A stretch of 60,564 nt of DNA, counting the filler, from Blastocystis sp. subtype 4 (Eukaryota), in NCBI RefSeq assembly GCF_000743755.1. It is 2 parts of 2 records of this genome, joined end to end, with 100 filler letters (N's around TTAATTAATTAA, not from the genome) between each part and the next. Parts side by side here need not be neighbours in the genome. Positions count along the whole stretch, not along the records: positions 30,580 to 60,564 come from NW_014569429.1; 1 more part is not named here. One strand, given 5' to 3'. Position numbers and translations under genes: made by a program. Shown here piece after piece: positions 37,513 through 48,144 of the stretch. Numbering within the stretch: position 1 is the first letter of the stretch; the number at the start of each line of letters is the position of its first letter. A model generated the notes under the pieces. That model saw nothing but the letters and a program-made list of their open reading frames with translations. It searched no databases and was not told the DNA's origin.

Positions 37513-39017
37513 CTATATATAAACTGGAGAATTCGGTTTCTTATTCTGAAAATCAAGACATACCCCTTTCATCTTCTGAGGCCCAAACTCCTTTTCTAAC
37601 TTACTTTTAAACCTCGCATAAATTGATTCCATAGAAATACTCTTCTTGTTATCAAACCGTATACCCATTTCTGATTTTTGATGGGCCATATCCATAGCAA
37701 AGGAATGAGTAACGAGATAAAACTGAAAATCTACAATCAATCATTCCAACCACTTCTACCCTTTGCTCGGATTTCGTCCATGTGCTCCATTTTATTATAG
37801 CCATAGTTTACAAATAGTGGATCAAAAAGAGGTGTATCTTGATGTCGTTGCAAGAAATAATACGGTTCTTGATGCGCATTTAACATACAGTTCACTTTCA
37901 GAACAGGAGGGGCAGAACGATTTACTGCATACCTAAACCAATCAGCATTTGTATAACTCTATGCATAAACAGACTGACACTTGTCTACATGAGTCTTCAA
38001 CTTGCCTCGATTATAGCGACACATTCCAGAGAGTAAACAAGTATTCAATTCCTCAACAGTATACGGAAAGTATTTGAGATCTCTACAATCAATTTCTACA
38101 CTCCAAGTATACTCGGTAATACAGCTAATTAATGAAGTACAATTAGGAAGAATCTGTTGGAGATCAAAGAAGAGTAATGGAATAATGATTGCCGATTTGC
38201 GGTCCTGAAGAACTTTTAATGGAATTTTTGTCATCTCACTGTGTAGATTCTGAATGGGCCACATATCCATATCCATTACCACATAATGAGTTGTCCGAAC
38301 GTTCCTAATACCAACATTACGAAGTAAATTGATTGGAAAGATTTTTGCAAACTTCGAGACAATGTACAAAATGAGAGTCAAACGATCAGGAAGGACACGT
38401 TCTCCCATATACCTTAGTGCAAACTCTTGCTCATCGGACTTGCAGAATAGAACTAACACTAGATTACTACTCCATCTCCACAAATGCTCATCAAGGAACA
38501 TCAAACGGTTAGGTCTAGTCATTATTTCTCTTCTCTGTTATTACGTTCCCACAAACACTAGAGAGAAGCTTGCATTTCCAGTAAACGATGGAATCGGTTC
38601 TAGTTTAAAGAACGTACAAGTCATCCTACCTTCAAGTTCATCCTGTTCTTCGTTGCCAATGAACTTTCTGATAACTGGCACTTTCTCAACTTGAGAAACA
38701 GTATACTTATAGAGGTTCTGTCGCATTGGAAGAACATGGAGCTTCTTTGAGGGCTTCGGTTGCACCTTCTGGGTTGGGAGAAGAAGAGTCGGCTTGATAG
38801 TGGTAAATTGAGTATCCCTTTGAACAAGGATAGGACGGACTATTTTCTTTCGAACATGACAGTATTCTAATAATCCATAATCATCTTCTTGTTGTAGAGG
38901 AAATATCACGGAAAAGGTACACTGAAATACACCAACTGTAGTTACGATACACAGATAGAGCAAGATTACACTGAAGCCGTAATCACGTTTATATCTTGAT
39001 CTACCATATGCACCCAT
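37513..39017 (-). CDS. Glycosyltransferase family 49 (LARGE/B4GAT1-like), type II membrane
   Basis: FPINLLRNVG, VMDMDMWP (DxD), EPYF and PLFD..FVNYGYNK, with an N-terminal TM. Confidence 0.8.
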
Positions 39018-39116
39018 CTCAAAAGTTGGGCCTAAAGCCAAAGATGTAGTACTATCGTGAAGATTAAATGAATTCTGTTTTGATTCGAAAATGAATTCGT
39101 AATAAACATTACATGA

Positions 39117-41207
39117 CTACAAATTATACTTCTTCATGATTTCAGCCCGCTTCTCTGGGGGAAGAGAATTCACGTTAATCACTAGTCCACTATCTAAAGT
39201 TACAATTAATGGAGAAAGGTTAGTGTCAGACGACTCTGCAAGAGTTGGATTCGCTATGGGTTCGGAAGGCTCAGATGCATTTGTGGGTGAATGCATTTGT
39301 GGTACATTCGCTTTCGCAAACTCTGATTCCTGTATTGCAGGACGATCAACAGGAACTACTGGATCACCCTGGGGTATGGGTACTGATAGTTCTGATGGTT
39401 TGGGATTATCCACCGGAGTCTCAGTACTCTCACTCATAGGAATAGAGTGAGTAATTGGTTCTGGTTGGTGGTTCTCTAATTCCAATTTCGGAACCTGAGG
39501 TACAATAGGATTCAACACATCGTAACTTGTTGTCACACCCTCATTGATGGTGAGTACAGGCACGATAGGCAGTTGGGCCTTCAACGACTTCCGTCGAACC
39601 ATCCACAATGCCACCAATAGTACTAATGCTACAATCGCACAAGCAATGATGACCCAAACATATCCTTTGATTCCTTGATCATCAGTAACTACTTTCTCCA
39701 CAATAGTAATAGTTGTTGTACGTCGTCTCGTACCAACAGTTCCATGCATATATATATAATAGGTCTTTGATCGCTGGATTCCCGTGGGAGTTCCTTCGAT
39801 TGAACACTGGTTGAACACCAGTCCTTCAGGCAGTTCAGGTTCAGCAAGACATGTGAAGCCACTACTCCAGTAAGTAGGTTGAATAGACACATATACATTC
39901 ACAGTGAGTTCATAAGCCTCTTGAAACTCGACAGCCATCACTTCCTGTATCAAAGGACTACCGTACACATAAGGCTGCATTTCGCCAACATAGACAGGCA
40001 ATCCATTGGATTGAAGTGGGTATATGCGATAACGATAACTTGGTGGTGTTAGATGAGTTCCTGTGTAAATGAATGAAAGAACATGTTCATCAATATTGTA
40101 GGGAGTTGTGGTAGACAGAGATGACCATTCCTCTGAATTAATCATTTGCCCATGTACTCGAAATCTTGTCATAGCATGACCGTTTTTAGGAGAATAATAA
40201 CTCCACATTGTTACTTGAGCTTGCTGAGTATAGTACTCAAAATAAGTTTCACCTTGGACAATGATCGAGAATGTGATAACAGAGTTAATGTTATCATCAT
40301 AAGCATATTCCATTGATGTTCCTCCTTCAAATGTAGCTGAATACACAGGAACTGGATACACTTTCAATGTAATTCCAGTATCTCTGCTACTAGCATATAA
40401 ACCTAACCAACAATCAAATTCAATTGCTTCTTCTTGAATTGTGTGAATTTCAACTGCTAGAACACATGTTTCCGCGGCTTCTTGTCCATTTCGAATAACA
40501 CCTTTGTACTGATATTCAGGATTAACATTTGAAGCTTTTGTTGAAGGTAAGACAATTCCTTTCGGCATATTATCTCGGTAGATCTCAATACCATTGAGAT
40601 AAGCTACAATTCCATGTTTGTAATAGAATTGCACTTCATAAGCAGCCATATCTTGCAACCCACTAAAGGTTTTACGAAAGAAATGAGGCTTATTGGTACT
40701 AGGCAAAGCTCCACGCACTGTCTTACTCCAATCCTCCGAAGTCATGAAGTACCAATCCTGATAATATTCAGTTGTCCAGTACCATTCATCGTTTTTGTTG
40801 ATGGGATTCAGTAAGGAGACACGGAAAGGATAAGACCAAAAGAAGGATCGGAAAACCCGGTTATTATAAATACCACGAATCTCGAGCCAACTCCCTGCTT
40901 CCCAGGGCCCATCCTCATTGGTGAACTCGAGGTCATATTGATAATTGGGTGATCTTGAAATGCAAACATACTTTGTTTCCGTCACGTTTGGTCTTGGAAT
41001 CCCTGAATTGTAGACAACTGTCCTTGTTCCAGGAAATAGCAATGTAAACTCCTCATCACCACTATATTCCATCGTATGCCGGATAAATGTGACATTGATG
41101 TAACCATCTTGACAAACTGACCTTCCTAATTGAAGTACTAAATATGAGAACATACATCAACAACGACGGAGCAATACTTCTAAAACAAAGAATCTGGAAA
41201 GAAGCAT
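39117..41207 (-). CDS. Type I membrane receptor-like protein, array copy 1
   Basis: Signal peptide split by a 30-nt intron (MLLSRFFVLEVLL|LLQLGRSVC), conserved core, LPEGL..CSIEGTP, TM and Pro-rich tail. Confidence 0.85.
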
Positions 41208-41275
41208 TTTGAGAGTGAAAAGATCACTGAAGTTCAAACAAACAATAACAACAGAAATAGATCCATAACTACTAC

Positions 41276-43654
41276 TTACTTCACATTCGCTCTCTGTTCT
41301 TCTGTCATAGATTCCCAATTCATATACTGAGGAGCTGGAGCTCGACCATTACTGACTACAGGATTTTGGACATGCTGTGAGTTGACTTCCGAATTCATAT
41401 CAACTCTGTACTCAGTATCTGGATTTGAGTAAAACATAGAACGACCCAAATCCTGTGGAGAAGTTGACGGTTGTGTGGGAGAATGACGAACCAACACACT
41501 CACCTTAGCAGGATGCGACGATGTTGACATTCCGTCTGTTGGATTGGACGGAGTCCTAAGAAGAGTAGCAGGTGTACCAATAACATTGTTATTCGGAGTA
41601 CTTCTAGGATCGAAAACAACAGAATAGCCTGGTGTAGCTGGAGGCATAACATAAGCCGGATTACTTAGAAGAGAGTTCTGTATCTGCTCATTATATTGTA
41701 CTGATTGATCATAGCCAGTGCTTGCGTTAATTAACGGTGTTGTTTGGGAATAAGAAGCAGAGCTTCGATTACCATACAGTGTTGATTGAGCATAAGGAGC
41801 AGTGGTTGGATCACCATACTGTGTTGACTGATCAAAACCAGTGGTTGGATCACCATACTGTGTTGACTGATCAAAACCAGTGGTTGGATCACCATACTGT
41901 ACTGGATCCTTCTGAGATTGAATGTCCATCTCTTGGTTTAGAACATGAACACTAGGATCCACAACTACAGGGCTAGGCTTTGGTGTCTCTATAGATTGTT
42001 GTACTCGTAACTCTTTCTGTGGCTTCTTTGTGATGCGTCTCACAATCAATGCAAGTACTATCACCACAATCACCACAACTACGACAATAAGAATAATAAT
42101 CATGATTCCAGGACCTTTATCCCCATCAGTTGGTGTTGGTTCAATAATTGCTAATTTAACTATTCGATACTTGGTTCCCATCACATCATAGATAAAAACC
42201 GTAAATGTAGTCTCTTCTTGAAGAGCAGTAGGTGTTCCTTGAATAGCACAAGCACTAAATGATAAACCATCAGGAAGAGCAGGGGTTGAAGTGCAAGTCG
42301 AAGTATTATTCCAGTTAGTAGGCTGAATAGAAACGAATTCATCCTTCTTCAATTCATATTGCTCTTTGAATTGAGGGATTTTCTGTTCTGTTGAATATGC
42401 CAGATGGCAAACACGAGGGATATATTCAATCATTTCTGTAGGAACTCTATTAGCTTTCAATGGATAGAATCGAATCTTGTTAGAATTCGGAGAGGTTGAA
42501 TCACCCATTGTCACATCAACATACAGTTGACTGGCTACTGTTACAGGAGATGACACGTAATAATCGCTCCATTTCCCTGAGCCAATATCATAGGCCTGCC
42601 ATTGCATATTCGTGTAATATGGCATATTCTGATAGATTAGTATCGAGAATGAAGTGATTTGGGCAGTAGGAATACTAAATTCAACATAATTAAGACCTGG
42701 ACTGAATGCACTGACTGTAACACCACTCGATGTATCAAAATCACAAATACTGCCCATGTTAAATCCATCGCTCCAGATAGCAGAAGTTGGAACCACTGGA
42801 TAACAGGCCTGATTACCATTAAAGGTATCTGAACTTGCATACACAGCTAACCATGCATCAAACTCAATTGAAGAACTGCTACTAGTATGAACTTCTATGG
42901 CAAGAACATTATTGACAGAACTAACTTCATATCCATTACGAATAGTACCTCGATACTGATAATATACATACGAAGTGGCACTTTTTGTTGTTGGGAGAAT
43001 AGGGCCAACAGGAAGGTTATCACGATACACTTCAATACCATTAATATATGCTACAACACCATATCGATATAAGATACGTAATTCATATGCTGCCATAAAA
43101 CTAGATCCACTGAAAATATGATAGAAATAGTGAGGAGCGTTAGTACTGGGATACGGGCCAGAAAGTGAAGTATCCCAAGTTTCATCCATATTCATATACC
43201 AATTAGGAACAAAAGTTGTTGACCAGCGCCATTCTTCCCCTTTCTCTATAGGCATTGCCAGAGACACCCGGAAAACACCTCCCCAGAATACCGACTTGAA
43301 TACAACATTGTCGTAAGGACCACGAATCTCAAGCCAACTATCCCAGTCCCACTCTTCTGTCTCATTAGTCATGATCAGCGAGTATTGCAAATTATCCGTT
43401 CTTAGAATACAGGTCGTTAGATTCCCAATGGTATTATCTTGAGGAGGAGGAGAAGTGAAGATAGGTTCATTATTTAGTGAGAATAAGCCGAACAGCTCAG
43501 TACTGGCATAGTCACACGAACGCTTGATAAACGAAACGCGAATTTTGTCAGCTGAACAATCTGCTACTGATACCGGAACAACTACACCTTAGCTATACCC
43601 TCGACGATTACTAATACAAAAAAGAAGTAGAAGGGCTAAACTATTGGAGGCCAT
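41276..43654 (-). CDS. Type I membrane receptor-like protein, array copy 2
   Basis: MASNSLALLLLFCI|IVPVSVADC with a 30-nt intron. Same core, TM, and QYGDPTTGFDQST repeats in the tail. Confidence 0.85.
41801..41900 (-). repeat. 39-nt tandem repeat (~2.6 exact copies plus a degenerate one) encoding QYGDPTTGFDQST
   Basis: Unit AGTGGTTGGATCACCATACTGTGTTGACTGATCAAAACC starts at 41801, 41840 and 41879 (partial). Confidence 0.95.
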
Positions 43655-43767
43655 TCTTTTCTAGATGCTATACAAATTATAGAGATGCCACAAAGATAAT
43701 AACCCGACGTCTGGGATCCCAAATATTAGGTTTTGTTTAGAATTCATTAACTATAACAAACAAAAGG

Positions 43768-45815
43768 TTAAACAATGCCCATCTCACTCATGATCTGCTT
43801 TCGCTGATCCTCTGGAAGTGTATACAAGTCAACAATATCACCCGATGGAAGAGCCACAATCAACGATGATGAGCTGCTGATTGTGGACTCAGTAGCAGGA
43901 ACTACAGCAGGTTGTGGAGCAGCAGCAGTAATAGGAACTACGGCAGGTTGTGGAGCAGTAATAGGAACTACGGCAGGTTGTGGAGCAGCAGCAGTAATAG
44001 GAACTATGGCAGGTTGTGGAGCTGGAGCAGCAGGACTAACAGGAACTACAGCAGGTTGTGGAGCAGGAGCAGCAGCAGTAGTAACTAAAGGTGGCGATAG
44101 AATTATATCTGAAGTTTTCATAGGCATCTCAACACCCCCAGCGTCCACAGGAATGGGTTTGACAATTTTAGGCGTAGGAGACCGAGGAATCTTAGGCTTC
44201 TTTGAGTTGTTCTTCTTTAACAGTACAATTATGACAGCCACAATGACGATAACCACCACTACGATCAAAATAATAAGCCATGTCATGTTCTTTTTCTCTG
44301 GAAGAGGATCAATCGTGAGAGACAACTCAACACTTCGAGTACCAGCACGATCATAATAGAAGACTGTAAAGACAGTTGTGCTGATAGACTCTAGTGGAGT
44401 ACCACGGATCGTACACCCAGTTAAAGCTAAGCCTGATGGCAAGGCAGGACTAACTCCACATTGAAGAGAGTCCGAAGACTCAGGAACTAATTCAATAGAG
44501 TCTCCCACTTTACCAAGATAAGAGGTTTCATATGTAGGAGGGTTAGGACGAGAAAGCGTATACTCCTGATAGCATACACTTGGCATTAGATCCGCGATAA
44601 TAATTGGATTCGTTAATAGTTTCGTAGGATAGAATCGATACTTGTTAGCATTGTCTGAGTAATAGTTTCCTATAGGTATCTGTTCTAAGATACCATAAGT
44701 CATGGCAAACTCATCAGAGTATGTCGTTGTACTCCAAGTAGTATTAGAAAGAGGCTGATTCACCACCTTAAATTGACTCATTGCCTCATTTTGGTCTCCA
44801 TTGATATTCCAACTATTCACTTGAGCTGTTTGAGTTGTATATTCCACATATGTGACATCAATGGAAATGGTATGATACGATCCAGTACAAAGCGATCCAT
44901 CAACGTAAATTGCCGCATTCTCAGAAGCACTTGTCACTGCCTGAGAAACAGGGACAAAGTAACAATATGTAGGCCAAGCTGATGAATAGGTGTCGGCATA
45001 ATATGCCATCCAAGCATCAAATTGAAGTGATGTGGAACCTGTCACATGAACTTCAACTGAAAACACTGAATTTGCTGCAACCTCAAATCCATTACGAATA
45101 GTGCCCCGATAATCATATGTTCCATATGTCTTACTACAACGTGTTTCTGGAGTAATTGCTCCATCAGGCATATTATCACGATAGACTTCAACTCCATTAA
45201 TATAGGCAACAATACCATAGCGATAAAGAATACGGAATTCATAAGCAGACACAAATCCCATCCCTTGAATCGACTTTCTAAAGTAATAGGTGTTATCTGA
45301 TTCCGGTAATGAGCTGGGAATACCACTATCCCATCCACTAACGTTACTCGAAAGCCAATCAGAATTATAGTTTGTCGTCCATTCCCATTCAGCATTCTTA
45401 TCAATCGGCATAACCAGTGACAATAAGAAAACGCTACCAACGGAAGTTCTTTTGAACAGACGGTTTCCATAGGGGCCAAGAATCTCTAATCCACTACAAG
45501 GATTCCAACTATCCGTTTCGTTAGCTATCATGAGCGAATATAGCATAGAATTCACTCTAGGAATACATACAGTTCTTGTCTCAACTGAATTATCGGTAGG
45601 ATACCAGGATAGATAAGCATTCTCGTCTGTCTCATAATCAAAGAGACCAAATATCTCATTCGACGCATAATCAAGAGTATCTCGAATTATGGTAATTTCT
45701 ATTTGGCTAGACGGACATGCACCTTGACACACAAAAAACACTAGTACTAATGCCCGTAATCAAGTTTCCTACACGACAGCACAACAACTATGACTGCAGT
45801 GGCTCTCATATTCAT
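43768..45815 (-). CDS. Type I membrane receptor-like protein, array copy 3
   Basis: MNMRATAVIVVVLS|..FFVCQGACP, same core, TM, and PQPAVVP repeats. Confidence 0.85.
43890..44080 (-). repeat. Coding tandem repeat (PQPAVVPITAAA-like, ~5 copies)
   Basis: Repeated GGAACTAC.GCAGGTTGTGGAGC units on the plus strand. Confidence 0.9.
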
Positions 45816-45983
45816 TTTTTAAGATAGAGCGTTTTAACTGAGTAACGACTGGTGTGTTTATTGCCTTATGAATTCTATAATCTATTTTTAGGAATTTAGT
45901 TCTCTCTTTCTCTGCTATAACAAAAGAATCTGATAGAAAGCAAGTGAGAATACTTCGTAACCACAAACAACAACTAGAATACA

Positions 45984-48023
45984 CTAAATAATATGTAGGT
46001 TTTTAAGGACTTCATCCCGCTTGTCACGGTCCATAGTCTGAACATCTACAACATCTCCTGTAGGAAGTGTTACAATACAAGACTGAGAAGGAGTTGGTTC
46101 TACCATATGAGTATCTTCAGTTCCCTCCGCTACATAGACCACAGTAGATTGCGATGATGATTCTCCTATATAATTGATCGTTAGCGGAGGAGCAGTAGCA
46201 CTTCGAGGTGGGCGTGGAGCTGCCAAAGTAGTATTGGATCGTCTTGTATGAGTAGAATGATGCTGAGAATCATCGGGATGATGATTTTGTAGAATTATAT
46301 CAGAATGCTTAAGAGCGAGAGAAGATTCATTTAGACGTATGTTTTGATAACGTTGCGGTACAGATTCAGCCAATTCACTAGGCGCTGGAGACTGATTTAC
46401 TGTAGGCATAATAGGAAGTACTTTAGTCCTGTGGGATGGGCATAACATCAGAATGATCACAATAACAAGAATACATATTATACAAAAAGAAATAACTATA
46501 CCCACAATGATTCCCACAGGAACATTGGATTTCCGTACTATTTCCAAACTGAATGTCTTGCATTTTGTACCAAACTCATCATAAACATATACACTATACG
46601 TCTTAGCAGCTTGAGGAATTGTTGGAGTACCAACGATTGAACACTTGTCAAACTTCAATCCAGTGGGAAGGGAAGGAATAGATAAACAAGTTACCTGATC
46701 CCAATACAAAGGAGTAATCGAAGTTTCAGTACCATTAACAACCTTATAGGATTGCTCAAATTCTGGTAGAATATACTTCAGGTCACATTCATGATATGTG
46801 ATATATGGTCGTATTTCTGTTGCTATAAACGAATATGAGAGGTATTCAGATATGTAGAACCGATACAATCCGGAATTATAGGTAGAATAACCTCCAATTT
46901 GAACTGCTTCAGTAATAGATCCCTGAGAATTGAGAGTACGTGATAATTCCAAAGGACTCCACTCTTCAGTAAACAAGTTCTTTGCACTAAACTTAAACCG
47001 GCTTAATCCAAAATAAGGATCATATGTTGATATGAGCCACATATTCACTTGAGCAGTAGTACCTGAAAACTCAACATAGTAATAATCAGCATCATGATAA
47101 GGAAACTCCAGTCCTGTCCTTATGTCATAATCAGCTATCGATCTATAAGACTCGTAGTAATATGAGTTGATTCCGACTTGTACATAGGGAACAGGATATC
47201 CCTGTTCTTCTGGAAGCGAACTACTATAAACAGCTAACCAAGCATCAAATACAACCGTTTCCTCTTCTAAAGGATGAATTTCCACAGCTAAGACACAGTC
47301 TGAACATGTTATTTCGAATGCATTCCGAATTGTGCCTCGGAACTCTGCAGAAGCATATCCGCTTGTAGCTTCTGTCTGTGGAAGAATCATTCCCAATGGC
47401 AAGTTATCTCGATACACTTCAATTCCATTGATATAGGCTACAATCCCACTCCGATATAGGAATTGCACTTCATATGCTGTCATTCCACTCATACCAGTGA
47501 ATCGACTACAAAAATAGTAAACAGACCGCTGTAATGGCGAGGGAGGACTATACTCACTCCAGTCACTAGGAATGGTTCGACTCCAGTCGTCGACATAGGA
47601 TTGAGAAGCATGCCACTCAGTATCGGAATCAACGAGTGTCAACATGGAGACCATATAACTTGCTGAATATGTTCCTTTGAACACCCGATTACCATACAGA
47701 CCCTGAATTTCCAGATAGTTTGGTATCTTCCACATTCCTGTCATAACCAGTTCATATTGAAGATTGCTCGTTTTGGTAATACATTCGACACGTGTTTCTG
47801 TTTGGTTATCAGCAGGTATCCATGAAGAATACAGCACTTCATGAGAATCAGGGGCATGAATTGTCCAAAGCTCAGTTGAAGCATTCACACCATTCTTTTT
47901 AGTGAAACTAAAAAGAATCGTTCCATTCGGACAAGCACTTTTCACAATCCAAAACACTACTTATAAAGAATCCAAAGCACTTCCACTAAATGACATGAAA
48001 AGTGGTGCAAAGAAGAGTAACAT
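45984..48023 (-). CDS. Type I membrane receptor-like protein, array copy 4
   Basis: MLLFFAPLFMSF|MFWIVKSACP with a 30-nt intron, same core and TM. Confidence 0.85.
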
Positions 48024-48144
48024 ATTCAAAAGTGGGAAATGAGTTAACTGATTCATACACATACTGACAAAAATCGGGCCGATTTTCCTCATTCATATTC
48101 GTATCATTAACAAACAAACGAACCCTATCTGCTGATTTATCACC

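Noticed and set aside
228..39017. Fragmented ORFs suggesting pseudogenes, frameshifting or an alternative genetic code
   Set aside because: Where checked, breaks coincide with ~30-nt GT-AG introns whose removal restores conserved motifs in the standard code.
41801..41900. 39-nt repeats as a possible CRISPR array
   Set aside because: Contiguous in-frame coding repeats with no unique spacers, no cas genes and a eukaryotic context.
43883..44356. Plus-strand GTTAGCGAAA repeat ORF (157 aa)
   Set aside because: Antisense shadow of the PQPAVVP repeat in array copy 3.
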